Positions 35,461-48,807 are shown, counted from the stretch's first letter. The stretch is DNA of 64,000 nt from Octopus vulgaris (GCA_951406725.2 OX597815.1:20274001-20338000); one strand, 5' to 3'. Program-made: numbers and translations. Notes: generated by a model not told the origin, from the sequence alone.

Positions 35461-36974
35461 AATTGAATAGACTCCAGCACTTCACTGGTACTGATTTTAT
35501 CAACCACAAACAAACGAAGGACAAAATCAACCATGCAGAGATTCGACATCAGAATGTAAAGAGCCGTAACTAAATATTGCATAACATTGTGCCCAATGTA
35601 ATAACAATTCTACCTTATCTTACAAGCTTTGTAACTTGATAAAGCAGAGTACTTGTCAACTGAGAGCTTGGCAGGGTATGAGTTAAAGTGTAGAGGATTT
35701 ATCACTGTAATGATATATGTGTGACATGAATAAACAAGGAATGCCAGACAGTTGGTTGCCAAGGACTGGAGTGGAAGCAGTACTGATGAAAGAGAAAAAA
35801 ATTGAAGCAGATATAGATAAACTAGCACTATGACCCAGCGTTGCCAGGTCATAGTGCTAGTTTTGTGCTAAATCCCTTTATTTGTTTTCGGAAATTATGT
35901 TCGCCTTTCCATCGCATATGTTTTTTGATGCGTTTGACTGAGCCTCTGCAGATTCTGAGCCCACCCAGAGGGACAGCTGCCCTGGGTAATTGATCATCGC
36001 ATATTTTGGCGGCTTTATTGAAGATGAAGGGGAAGCATGTTAGAAAATCGATAAAGACCACCATGAAAGCAAACCTTCACCAACAAAATGAAATGAATAA
36101 TCAGGGCTGACAAAGTTTTCAAATTTCTTAGCGAGCGGAAAAATGTGACTGGAAATTAATTAGCATCTCAATTTTCACTCGTATCTCAAAACACAAAAGC
36201 ATGAAATTTCGCTTAAGAAAATCTTTGTATCTTAGGTCATTCGTACCTCAAGTTAGGGCTAAAAGAAAAGGTTGCAGTCACTTTAAATGCGGAAATCTGC
36301 AAGGAATAGTTTTATTGAGTTTCCACTAATTTATTGGCAATTTTGGTAAACTCGAATCAAATTAAGGATAACACTATGCACCTGCTGTGTAGGTAGCAAA
36401 TGATTCAATCTTAGGCTGAATGCAAACAAATAAACGGCCCTGGCAACTGCCGGGTGCCAGTCATAGGATTGGTTCAATTTCGATTCCGATTTCACTTGCC
36501 CCAACAGGTCTTCGCAAGCAGAGTTTAGTGTCCAATGAAGGGAGGTTGGCATGGACGCCTGTCATTGGATGAGGTTCGATTTCGACTTTGCTTCGTGTGT
36601 CCAAGGGAGGAAAGGCATGCATAAGTGGGATGGCTGGGATGGACCCACTTGTAATATATATATATATATATATATGTCTGTGTGTGTCTTCATGCTTGTA
36701 GCCCACCACCACTTGACAACTAGTGTTGGTTTGTTTATGTTCCCTGTAACTTAGCTGTTTAGCATAAGAGACCAATAGACTAAGTACCAGGCTTAAAAAA
36801 TAATACTATAAGTACTGGTGTTGATGCATTTGACTAATACACTTCAAGGCAGTGCCTCAGCATGACAACAGTCCAATGACCGATACAAGTAAAAGATGAA
36901 TGACCAAACTGTCCAAACCAAAACAACACAGTTAAAAATCTTGAGACATTAAACATATTGTTTAGACCAAAAAC

Positions 36975-37358
36975 AATAACTCTGAGCACCTTTTCAAACT
37001 CCACCTGTCTAACACCCGTGGACACGTTTACAAAGTCAGAAAGCAGCACAGCTCCCATGACTTTCGGAAACATTTTTTCATGCTAAGAGTTGCTGAAGTA
37101 TGGAACAAACTGCCAGCATCAGTTGTTAGTTGTCGGAGCACTGCATCCTTCAAAACTTCCATACTTCCTGAGATTCGCCAACACTACACCTGATTTTCTC
37201 CCCTCCATACACATGTATCTGACTCATACACTGTTCACTTCCCAGACGTTTGTACATTACTGCATATGCTTTATACGCACTTTTGACAAGTTGTGGTGCA
37301 CCTGAGCACTGTATACAATAATTTCATTACTATTATTATTATTATTATTATTATTATT
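36975..37358 (+). mobile_element. CR1/L2 LINE 3' end with (ATT)n tail
   Basis: Homologous to 42180-42470 (NTRGH...HFF...WNKLP). Confidence 0.8.
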
Positions 37359-38473
37359 AAAGTCAGTGATCAGTCCATTTTTGTATGCTCAGAATTACAG
37401 TACCAAATCCATTTCTTTTAAGAAATTTCACAGCTATTTCTAGCTGGCTCAGTAACTATATAGAGACTCCCTTGATGGTTGGTGATGATGATCATGATTG
37501 TGATAATGATATTATTGTCAGCCAACTGGCTTCCATGCCAGTGGCACGTAAAAGGGCACCATTCGAGCGTGATCGTTACCAACGTCGCCTTACTGGTGTC
37601 TGTGCTGGTGGCATGTGTAAAAAGATTCGAGCGAGGTCGTTGCCAGTACTGCCTGACTGGCCCCCATGATGGTGGCACGTGAAATGCACCCACCACACTC
37701 ATGGAGTGGTTGACGTTAGGAAGGGCATCCAGCTGTAGAAACTCTGCCAGATCAAGATTGGAGCCTGGTGCAGCCATCTGGTTCGCCAGCCCTCAGTCAA
37801 AATCGTCCAACCCATGCTAGCATGGAAAGTGGACGTTAAACGATGATGGCGATGATGATGATGAATACTCTTCACCATGTTATTACTTTCGCTTAAAATA
37901 TTTCTTTGCACATGACTTCATATGTCATCAGGCATATGTCATCTTAGAATCTAGGCTCAAAAAATTTAGACTGTGGTAATCTTTGACAGCAATGATGATG
38001 ACCATAACAACAGCAATAACAAGGCTGATTATGATGATGCTGGTGATGATGAGGATGGTGGTGGTGATGATGGTAATGATGGTCAGTAATGAAAATGGTA
38101 ATGATGATAACAGTAAAGATGACTCTTTACTCATCCCATTTTCTTTGGTGACATTTATGCTTTTGCTCTCCTTTTAATAGTTTTTTTGCATGTAGAATAT
38201 TCTAAGTTAAATAAATCTTCTATTATTAGTAAAACATTTTTTACCAATTTCTAAAGGAGTGAATTATAACAGAAATTTGCTGTCTGTTCATAATTTTCAA
38301 ATGTCAAGCATCTTTTGAAAATAAAAACTGTGCCTACAACAAAATACCATTGTTATTAATGAGATTTATGTAGGGTATACATAAATATACATTTATGTGA
38401 AGTATGCATAAGCCTCACCACCACTGTCACCACTGCAACAACATCAACAACGACAGCAATGACAATGATGATA

Positions 38474-38796
38474 AAGAAGAAGAAGACGAAGAAGATGAAG
38501 AAGAAGAAGAAGAAGAAGAAGAAGAAGAAGAAGAAGAAGAAGAAGAAGAAGAAGAAGAAGAAGAAGAAGAAGAAGAAGAAGAAGAAGAAGAAGAAGAAGA
38601 AGAAGAAGAAGAAGAAGAAGAAGAAGAAGAAGAAGAAGAAGAAGAGGAGGAGGAAGAAGAAGAAGAAGAAGAAGAAGAAGAAGAAGAAGAAGAAGAAGAA
38701 GAAGAAGAAGAAGAAGAAGAAGAAGAAGAAGAAGAAGAAGAAGAAGAAGAAGAAGAAGAAGAAGAAGAAGAAGAAGAAGAAGAAGAAGAAGAAGAC

Positions 38797-38852
<56 letters not shown>

Positions 38853-38904
38853 AGAAGAGGAGGAAGAAGAAGAAGAAGAAGAGGAAGTAGAAGAAGAGGA
38901 GGAA

Positions 38905-38935
<31 letters not shown>

Positions 38936-39374
38936 GTGGAGAAGAAGAAGGTGGAGGAGGAGGAGGAGAAGGTGAAGAAGAAGAGGAAGAAGAAGAAGAC
39001 GAAGAAGAAGAAAAAGAAGAGGAAGAAGAAGAGGAAGAAGAAGAAGAGGAGGAAGAAGAAGAAGAAGAAGAGGAAGTAGAAGAAGAGGAGGAAGAAGAAG
39101 AAGAGGAAGAAGAAGGTGGAGAAGAAGAAGGTGGAGGAGGAGGAGAAGGTGAAGAAGAAGTAGCGGAAGAAGAAGAAGAAGAAGACGACGAAGAAGAAGA
39201 AGAAGAAGAAGAAGAAGAAGAAGAAGAAGAAGAAGAAGAAGAAGAAGAAGAAGAAGAAGAAGCAGAAGAGGAGGGGGAAGAAGAAGAAGGTGAAGAAGAA
39301 GAAGAAGAAGACAAAGAAGAAGATGACGAAGAAGACGAAGAAGAAGATGGCGAAGAAGAAGAAGAAGAAGAACA

Positions 39375-39409
<35 letters not shown>

Positions 39410-39432
39410 AACAACAACAACAACAACAACAA
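38474..39432. repeat. About 0.9-kb (GAA)n/(GAG) purine microsatellite followed by (CTA)n(CAA)n
   Basis: Direct inspection. Confidence 0.97.
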
Positions 39433-39959
39433 CATGTTTTGTTTATAAGAGATATTTCAGAAAAGGAGAATAAGACTCTTAATATGAAAGTATTGAAAGA
39501 ATGGCTAACCATAGATATAATAGGAAGTTGCTGCAAAAATGGTGAGTATTGGTTTAGTGGAAAGATAGAGAAAGAATGGGTACCATCATCATCGTTTTAT
39601 GACTGCTTTCCATAGTATTCAAAACCCTGATGGACTCAATGGAAAGCTGCAGGGAGAATGGAATGTTTTGAATTTAATGGGGAATTATATAACAGGAATG
39701 TAAACCATGATTTTAATGGGTAGCTATAGGAACAAAGCTTATCTTGAATTTAATGGGAAGATGTAGCAATAATGGATATTAGAATTTGAAGAAAAAAATG
39801 TTGTAGAAGTAAATTTTTGCCATTATGTAGAAGTAAAGAATTACATTCAAATGATTCTAAGGCTTTCATGAAATCTAGCAAAAAATTTAAGACTGATTGT
39901 TCATGCGACTTAATGTTAAATGAGGTGCAATTGGCTGCTACTAACCATATGATCATGTG

Positions 39960-40381
39960 GGATCTTTTCGGTTTGAACGGCAGTTTTTTCTAGCGGTGTC
40001 ATGAAATTGTCACCCGTAATTATGACCCTAGTATCGATCTATTGCATTTCAATCTGTTTTAGGGTTAGGGTTAGGGTTAGGGATGGGAGGAAGGGTATCT
40101 TTTTTTCTTCAGAACTGTAAATAAACCCAATCTGTTTCTTAAACGAGGGACATTTTCATACGGCACAGAATGCTTTCACCTCAATACACATCATTGATTG
40201 GTTGAAATTGCAGAAATTGAAGAAAAAAAAACATCAAATATCTTACTAACTATAGAATTTTCTCAATAAAGCCAAGAGAAAAAGATGTTTTATAAACACT
40301 TTCTACCAGTATACAAAGTTTAAAAGTGTTTAGTTTCGTGGAAATTAATTTAAAAAACTGCCGTTCAAACCGATAAGATCC
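39960..40381 (+). mobile_element. Merlin-like MITE carrying telomeric repeats, copy 3
   Basis: Perfect 8-bp TSD ATCATGTG; (TTAGGG)4. Confidence 0.9.
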
Positions 40382-41954
40382 ATCATGTGTTCAAATTTTA
40401 TTATAGACCTTGGGTAGTTGTGCCCACTAAGACCATCAGATCTTTGTCTACTTCACTGGACCTATCTCTGAATTCTATAGCTATTATATTGATGATTGCA
40501 TCAGTATTACTGCATTCTCTAGGAATAAACATTGTGCCTTCATTTCTATGTCAAAGTCAACTTTTCTTTTCATTCCTCCAAGGTCAATAAAATAAGTACT
40601 AGTCAACTACTTAAGATGATGTGATCAACTAACCTTTGCTTCTAAAATTGCTGGTCTTGTGCCTAAATTTGAAACCATTATTCTTATGATTATTATGATT
40701 GTGTTTGCAATTTGGAGCTCGTAAGTTTTCAAATTTTGTTGTCTTAAACAAAGTTATTTTAGTTCTTCTTGTACTATTTTGCAATTTAGCCAACCAGTAT
40801 CTTCTAAGGTTAGTTGGCTTTGTGAAATTTAATACTTTAAAATAAATTTTGAAATTTTAAAAAGCAAATGTACATATCTAAAATGGAAAAAAAAAAGAAA
40901 AAAAATGTATGACTTCTCAAATCAAGAGAAGATATGTTAGAAGAGTCTTTCTCGACAGGTCGAGCTTACAGAGACTGGATTGGTAAATTAGTTAAGCAGG
41001 CATTGATGGAACAATTGTGAACAACATGAAAGCAATAACTAGACTACAGTCATGTAGGGATAGAGAAAACCAGATTAGAGATAAGCAAAAGACTTATAAA
41101 TCAAAGCTAATGTGCATGCTCTAAGACATAGAAAAATGAAAGCTGTTCAATGGGCTGAGTGACAGAGGTACAACATGGCAACAGAGGCTCAATTTGGCTT
41201 TTGGCAGACTACAATGTGCATATGTTACTCAACTCCAAGCAGAGGTGTGCAGCTTTTCAACAGTACTTCAGTTTACTGTTTGGGACAAATAGTGTGGCAA
41301 TGCAGGATAGATTTCATTGCCTATCTCGACAGCCTGCCCCACCACTCTCAGCAGTGACATTGGAGTGTTACAAATGGCCAATAACAGCCACTGAAATAAG
41401 GGAAGCCATGTCTGGCTATATAAGAGGCGAATTGCTTTGGGTGTCTTCTCTGTGAGTTTTACAGTAATATGCCAGACTTGCTCAACAATCCCTTAGTAGA
41501 TGTCTACCAGTGGTGTGCAGTCGAGACATGCTAATCAAGCACTGCATGTCCTTTGATTTTTATATTACTAAAAAATCAATTTAAGAACATAATGTATTTA
41601 TAACCTCATTGAAAAGTTGTCCAAATCATTGGAAACTGAGCTAAAATAGTTACTTTGTTTCAAAGGAAACCCATCCAGATTGATACTTCGCTGTGTTTCC
41701 ATTTTGCTTCCACTTGGTATACTTAAAGAAAACACATACGAAATCTTTTGACCACCTCTTCCTATCTTTCAATAATATTTGAAATTTTGAAGTTGCAATT
41801 TTCGCCAATTTTTTTTCTCAGAATCGGTATCTCCATAGCTGAAAATGTGGGTCTCTGTAAAAAAAAATTTTTTAAAAGGGCGGGTGGTTACATCTCTGCC
41901 ATGTACACCAAGTATTTATTGCATGACCAACCTCAGAAGTCACTGCACACCACT

Positions 41955-42470
41955 GATGGCAACAGAATTCGCATCATCAGTTTGGAACCCCTATCTTGCA
42001 CAGAACATTGACCTCCTGGAATCTGTCCAGAGACGTGCAACCAAACGCATACCCTCCATCAGACACCTACCATATTCTGAGCGCCTTGTTTCCCTGGGCA
42101 TGGATTCACTGAAGCTCCGGCGTTTGGCGACGGACTTGGTAAACACCCACAAAGTTATCAACCACCTCACCAACAACAACACTGAACACCTTTTTGATCT
42201 CCATGTGTCTAACACACGTGGACATGCCTACAAAGTCAGAAAACAATACAGCTCCCATGACTTTTGGAAACATTTTTTCACGCTCAGAGTTGCTGAAGCA
42301 TGGAATAAACTGCCTGCGTCAGTTGTTGACTGCCATGACACTGCATCTTTTAAGGCCCTCATGCTTTCCGAAATCCGCCGAAACTTCACCTGATTATATA
42401 TACACTTTAGATGAGTTGTAGTGCACCTGAGCACTGTACACAATTATTATTATTATTATTATTATTATTA
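41955..42470 (+). mobile_element. CR1/L2 LINE 3' fragment with (ATT)n tail
   Basis: EFASSVWNPYL...LESVQRRATKRIP...YSERL...NTRGHAYK...FFTLRVAEAWNKLP. Confidence 0.9.
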
Positions 42471-42868
42471 TAGAATGGAAGGATTTCCAGTCCAGTGAAC
42501 CAAGGAGCAGTGGTATTGTTGAGAAAGAACTCGAAACAAGAAAGAGCACATAGATAATTTTCAGTCCATTACTCTGCAAAATGCAAAATTTAAAATTTTG
42601 GCTAAGGTATTAGTAATTGGTGAGGTACAGACATGTGCCATCCCAAACAGTTCAAACTCTGACAAGCTCCATTTCAAGTGATACATCATAGAGAAGGTAG
42701 ATAAGGAACCTGGCAGCTGTCCTCAAGGTGGGTGATTCCAGTTCCATTTTCAGGGGTTGGATCACAGCAATGTACAAAGACATGTGCTTAGTGGTCAGGA
42801 TAAATGGCCATCTATCAGAATCATTCAGTATTATGTACTTGGTCTGCCAAGGATGTCTGCTTTTTTAA

Positions 42869-43098
42869 GGCGGCGAGCTGGCAGAATCGTTAGCATGTCG
42901 GGCGAAATGCTTAGCGGTATTTCGTCTGTCGTTACGTTCTGAGTTCAAATTCCGCCGAGGTCGACTTTGCCTTTCATCCTTTCGGGGTCGATTAAATAAG
43001 TACCAGTTATGCACTGGGGTCGATATAATCGACTTAATTCGTTTGTCTGTCCTTGTTTGTTCCCCCTGTGTTTAGCCCCTTGTGGGTAGTAAAGAAAT
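42869..43098 (+). mobile_element. SINE family B
   Basis: 16-bp TSD AAGGATGTCTGCTTTT. Confidence 0.9.
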
Positions 43099-43293
43099 AA
43101 GGATGTCTGCTTTTATCTCACTCATGTATATTGACCCTAGTGCCTTTACTGCTGAAACTAAAGATGTTAAAGGGCATTCCACATGAACCATGATGTGGAA
43201 GATCTATGTTGGCATATGCTAATGACATCACTGTAATACTGTTGGACACCAAGCATACCGAGATGATTGGCACTGTTCTAAGGGAATATGAAA

Positions 43294-43697
43294 TGGTGCT
43301 GGCAGAAATGTTAGCATGCCGGGCGAAATGCTTAGCAGTATTTCGTCTGCTATTACGTTGTGAGTTCAAATTCTGCCGAGGTTGACTTTGCCTGTCATCC
43401 TTTCATCATCATCGTTTAATGTCCGTTTTCTGCGCTAGCACGGGTTGGATGGTTCACTGGGGTCTGGGAAGCCAGGGGCTGCACCAGGCTCCAGTCTGAT
43501 CTGGCAGAGTTTCTACAGCTGGATGCCCTTCCTAACGCCAACCACTCCGCGAACGTAGTGGGTGCTACACTCTTTCGGGGTCGATAAATTAAGTACCAGT
43601 TATGCACTGGGGTCGATGTAATCGACTTAATACCTATATCTGTCCTTGTTTGTCCCCTCTATGTTCAGCCCCTTGTGGGTAATAAAGAAATAGGAGT
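43294..43697 (+). mobile_element. SINE family B interrupted by a family D fragment (43404-43570, minus strand)
   Basis: The SINE B centre CATCCTTTC|GGGGTCGAT is split by the CATCATCATCGTTTAA... element. Confidence 0.85.
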
Positions 43698-43874
43698 GAT
43701 AACTAAGTTGAAAAAGAGAGTGGGCCTGAAGTTTGGTACCTGAAGAGACCGATCCATGTTGTCTAATACTGTTGTAGGGTGCTGGACAGATAGGGTGGTA
43801 CAAGTAAAATAAAATCAGAGGCATTGACAGCAGCACTGACTCTTGGCTCATTATTATCTTTATAGCACAATATA

Positions 43875-44106
43875 TATTTCTTTACTACCCCCAAGGGGCT
43901 AAACACAGAGGGGACAAACAAGAACAGACAAAGGGATTAAGTCGATTACATCAATCCCAGTGCGTAACTGGTACTTAATTTATCAACCTCGAAAGGATGA
44001 AAAGCAAAGTCGAACCTCGGCGGAATTTGAACTCGGAACGTAACGACAGATGAAATACAGCTATGCATTTCACCCGGCATGCTAACATTTCTGCCAGCTC
44101 ACCGCC
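43875..44106 (-). mobile_element. SINE family B
   Basis: Reverse copy with TSD TATAGCACAATATA. Confidence 0.88.
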
Positions 44107-44598
44107 TTAAATATAGCACAATATAGGCTGGTGCTAAGTATGGAGGAAACAAGAAATGATAAGAAGTTGGGAGGGGATTTGCATGGATTTGCAAGTCCTT
44201 ATGATTTACGGCCTGAGAAAGTGAAATAGCAACAACAGCAGGTCCTAGTGGCTGCCATTCCAACTGCATTATTAGGTGAAGCAGTGGAAAGGGTGGAGCT
44301 GATTGCCTCATTCTTGGTCTCAAGTCAATGCTTCCACTTCACCTTTCAGCAGTACTATCTAATCCTTACAAGAGGAAGGAGAAGTACTGCTGAGAAGTAG
44401 GAGGAGGGGTCTTGAGGCTGTGGGAATCTGAGAAAGTTTGGCAGACCCCTGTGGCTGGAAAAAAAAAATGAACCCAACCAGATGGATTCTAAGACTCTTG
44501 AAAGACACTACAACACTAGAAGAGAAGCCTTGGACACTCGGAATGGTGTTTGCCTCTATAGAATCACTCCATGTCACTATTATCTGAAAAAAGAACCA

Positions 44599-45037
44599 GG
44601 ATCTTTTCGGTTTGAACGGCAGTTTTTTTCTAGCGGTGTCATATATAATTGTCACCCATAATTATAACCCTAGTATCGATCTATTGCATTTAAATCTGTT
44701 TTAGGTTAGGGTTAGTTAAGGTTAGTTAGGGTTAGGGTTAGGGGTGGGGGAAGGGTATTTTTTCTTCACAAATGTAAATAAATCCAATCTGATTCTTAAA
44801 CAAGGGACATATTCATACAGCACAGAATGTTTTTACCTTAATAGATAGTCAGTGATTGGTTGAAATTGCCGAAATGCAAGAAATTAAAGACCAAATATCT
44901 TACAAAACATAGAATTTTCTCAATAAAGCCAAGAGAAAAAGATGTTTTATAAACACATTCTACCAGTATACGAAGTTTAAAATTTTTTAGTTACCTAGAA
45001 ATTATGTTAAAAACTGCCATTCAAACCGAAAAGATCC
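44599..45037 (+). mobile_element. Merlin-like MITE carrying telomeric repeats, copy 4
   Basis: Perfect 8-bp TSD AAGAACCA; degenerate TTAGG(G) array. Confidence 0.9.
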
Positions 45038-45207
45038 AAGAACCATAAACTGCAGAACCCATTATCTGAATTACAGAATGTCACATAAACAACAAATGCT
45101 GAGGTGCAAGTACCAGTTGTTTCCATTGGATAGAATTTTGGTGAAGATCTCCTTAGGTGTTTATAAACAGCTAATGGAAGTTACCCAGTGGATGTTTATC
45201 TCCTTAA

Positions 45208-45428
45208 CCCTTTAGCATTTAAACCGGCCATATCCGGCCAAAAGTATTCTGCCTGTTTTATGTTCAAACTGGCCAGATCTGGTCTCTCACACCAACCCTA
45301 CAATATTGTTTGAAAAATTAACAGCTACCCCATCAAAATCTCATAGCTACAAGATAATGCATGATTAATTCAAAACAATGTGGATAAAAAGGGATTAATT
45401 TTGGCAGAATAATGCGAACACTAAAGGG
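45208..45428. mobile_element. piggyBac-like MITE
   Basis: TTAA|CCCTTTAG...CTAAAGGG|TTAA; inverted relative at 58768-58986. Confidence 0.88.
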
Positions 45429-45569
45429 TTAAGGATCAAACTGACTTGAGTAAAGCCTATGGGTATATCCATAAGCACAGTAGATAGGTAGAGGTGTGGG
45501 GCTCTCGGACCCATTCTAGCTGGTAGGTTTTTATTCATCTGTGTTCTATATTTTTGAATTTGATCTTAT

Positions 45570-45860
45570 TTGAATTTTTTATTTATTTTTATTTTATTTC
45601 ATCTAGTTTCAGCTCACGAGCTGTGGCCATGCTGGGGCACCGCCATTTGGTGTTGCTACATGATTTTACTTCACGAATGCTTTTTAGCAATTGCCATTTG
45701 GTGCATGAGAGAGTTCGATGCAGCTGCCCTTATCTGCACCTCCTGCTGTGAAGTTGGTTCATCTGGGACACCTGACAGGAAGAAATCCAGTTTTATTTTA
45801 AAGACATCTGTATCCACCCCATGCAGGTCTCTCAGGTTCTTCGGGAGGATATTGAAGTAT
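45570..45860 (-). mobile_element. CR1/L2-group LINE 3' end (same family as 4445-5030)
   Basis: Near-identical to 4488-4745. Confidence 0.9.
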
Positions 45861-47592
45861 TGAGTATTTTTATATAATCATATTTTTAATTCTATCCCAT
45901 TGAATTTATATAACATTTTTAATATGTTCATCATTTAACATCTTAACAACTCCCTTTTATATGTACCCTTGCATGGTCCTCCTTACAAGCATTTCCACAT
46001 GTTTCGGTAACTTTTGCATCACATCTTAAGTATTCATGAGTTCTTGTGATCAATGAAGTAAGAATTATTATCACTTATAGTTGTCTTAATGTCTATTATA
46101 ATTCCACTCACATCTAGGCTGCACTGTAGGAATACAAATCAACCCCCAGTTCTTAGCTGGTACTTTACTTTAATAACCCCATTTTCAATGGCATTTAAAC
46201 CCAGAGCGTAAAAGGTTGTTACTAAATACCACAAATCACTTTATCTGTCACTCTGGCTGTACCTCTACAGGGCATTTGAGAATTATTGTCATTTACAAAT
46301 AAACATTATCACCAAAAAAAAAAAAAAAAAAAAAGAGACTGTGATAATAATAATAATGATGACAACAGAAGTGATTAACATTTTCTGAACATGTTATATT
46401 ATTCTATATATATACATTCTTAAGTGATCTATATAGGATTTTTATAATTAAAAATTAAAAAAATAAAATGCAATATAATTATTTATTGTGAACTGATAAT
46501 AAATGCAACGTTTAAAACAAATAAAAATGTTAAATATTGATATCACACGAAGATTCTTGGAAATCCTTTTTTACTTGAATAAATCAAAATGCTTTAATTC
46601 GGTTACTATCTTTTGTAAAATGCAGAAAGAATAGATTAATTTCGGAGAGTGAAAGAAAGAAGAGAAAGTCGCACCGAATATAATTACATAACATCACGTG
46701 AGACGGCTGATCCTCCAGGGATTCTGCTCCTAATCGCTGATTCCTCTTCGACATATCATTGTAATTAGTTTTAGCAGATGCTTGTTTTTAAATTAATTAT
46801 ACTGCATCCTTCGTTACTTACTTATTAAGTAACTGTATTTTCCTAACCTTTCAATAAAGACACTACAAATATTTCTAGATCGTAAAAGAATATATTATTT
46901 TAGATGCTCAACTTTTCGCTGAAACAATACCTCTTAAAAACAATAGCAAAGGAATATGTACAACGATTAAGTTAATTCGGTGCATTAGATATGTGCATCA
47001 TTAAAATCATAATGCTGGCGTGTAAAATAAATTCAGTATGTTACGTGGACAATTTCTCTATTATTTTTTTCTAACTTGTCAAAACCAAGCTACAGTTTTT
47101 CGTCTTTAGTATCCTTATTATTTTCTACCGCTAGTCCCATTCATTTTATTTTGATTATTTTTATTTAACAAATCTCACCCTATCTTCTTCAACGCAGCAA
47201 TTATGAAGAATTTCCCCAACCTAGAAAGTCCTAATCTTCTTCCGGGAATGAATATCTCCGCAATTACTGAGTGTCATACGACATTTTTCAGTGCCTAGCA
47301 TAGCATTTGCTATTAAAGTCTACTCCCCTTGTTAACATTATTTATATCATACTACTGTGTGTGGCATGTAATATATTTCTCTTTGCTCCATTAATTAATA
47401 CACACACACACATATATATATGTATATATATATGTTAATATGTATATGTATGTATATATTATATAAATGAAGTGGAATAGTAAAAAAAGGAGGAAAAAAA
47501 ATCAGTCATCCAACAACAAAAATGATTAATTAAAAATATTCTATTTAATTTTTTTTTGGTTTATTTTCTTCTTTATCAGCGACCACAGCGGC

Positions 47593-47623
<31 letters not shown>

Positions 47624-47779
47624 CTAATTAATATTAGTAGTTGTTTGTTAGTGGTAGTGGTGTTGGTGTTGGTGGTTGTTATTATAATAGTGGGGAAAAC
47701 TAGTAGCGATTGCTTCGCTATGTTGTTGGGGGAATTTGTGCAGGCTTTTTTTTTTCTTTTTGTGCTGAATGCGTTAATT

Positions 47780-48134
47780 GCAGTTTAGGAGGATGTAAGC
47801 GGCCCTACGTCAGCCGACGACCATTTCAGTGATAGAAGTAGTTCCGCCATCATGACAAACTGACCACAGTTTGGAAGCTGTCAGAGCTTGGCCACCCCCC
47901 GATCACTCACTCACTCCACTCACACACATACATACAGACAGACCACAAGAACAAGGATTAAATTGTTTGTTTATTTCTTTCCAACAAAGGGATTTATTAA
48001 ACAATCATTTTATATCACGTGTGAAAGGGGAAAAAGAACGGAAGAGAGAGAGTGAGAGAGAGAGAGAGAGAGAGCGTGGTGTGTAAAAGAAAAAAAGTCG
48101 AGTGGAACCCTCTCTTTTTAAAAATTTCATAAAA
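47780..48134 (+). promoter_or_regulatory. Probable promoter and 5' UTR of the dynamin gene
   Basis: Transposon-free, locally CpG-richer stretch upstream of the ATG, with TACGTCA (CRE-like), CCGCCATC (YY1-like), CACGTG and (GA)n. TSS not determinable from sequence. Confidence 0.45.
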
Positions 48135-48298
48135 ATGTCGGGTAATATGGGTATGGAGCAGCTTATTCCTATAGTGAATAAGTTGCAGGACGCTTTTGCC
48201 ACCCTCGGGGTGCCCATCTCTTTGGATCTGCCGCAGATAGCCGTCGTTGGAAGTCAAAGTGCAGGAAAGAGCAGTGTGTTAGAGAATTTTGTTGGCAG
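48135..48298 (+). CDS. DNM: Dynamin (classical, shibire/DNM1-3 type), first coding exon; GTPase N-terminus with P-loop
   Basis: [62 protein letters not shown] start context, phase-2 donor AG|GTCAGT within the Arg codon. Exon 2 (DFLPRGSG...) not seen in the window. Confidence 0.95.
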
Positions 48299-48725
48299 GT
48301 CAGTCAAAGTATATCTTTCAATTCTATTTCATTAATGCCACCTTCTTCACAGATAATGTAAATATATTGTATATACACACACACACAACACGTATATATA
48401 TATATATTTATAATCGTTAAATGATATTTCATGCGACACCTTTACATACAAACATATATATACACACATATATATTTATACAGAGGCGTAAGAGAACATT
48501 CATATGTACGTAATTTTAAGTAGATGTCAAAGTGTTTAAATATGATACCTTTCCATATATTTATGGTGTTATTTCGTGATGTCTCTGGATATTATATATC
48601 TACACATGTATCCACACATGTATCTAATTTTCTGTGGCTTTTCACTGAATATTTTTTGATAGAATATATATATGTCTGTGTACGTGTGTGGATACATACA
48701 CACTATATATATATAGTGTGTGTAT

Positions 48726-48789
<64 letters not shown>

Positions 48790-48795
<6 letters not shown>

Positions 48796-48807
48796 TTAAA
48801 TAGTACC

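Larger units (their letters stand above)
40930..43295 (+). mobile_element. Very old L1/Tx1-like LINE remnant fragmented by younger insertions
   Basis: PITATEIREAM (~41378), ILAKVL and QTCAIPN (~42595-42650), AYANDITVI (~43212, degenerate YADD), in RT order. Confidence 0.5.

Noticed and set aside
38356-39615. 403-aa poly-Glu ORF and its poly-Ser/Phe/Lys counterparts
   Set aside because: Trinucleotide repeat open in several frames, with no domain content.
46575-46755. Short minus-strand ORF MSKRNQRLGAESLEDQPSH...
   Set aside because: Under 60 codons, no recognisable homology and no strong splice signals.
48102-48335. 77-aa single-exon dynamin-like ORF as listed in the track
   Set aside because: The likely start is the ATG at 48135, and homology ends at the splice donor at 48299; the rest is intron read-through.
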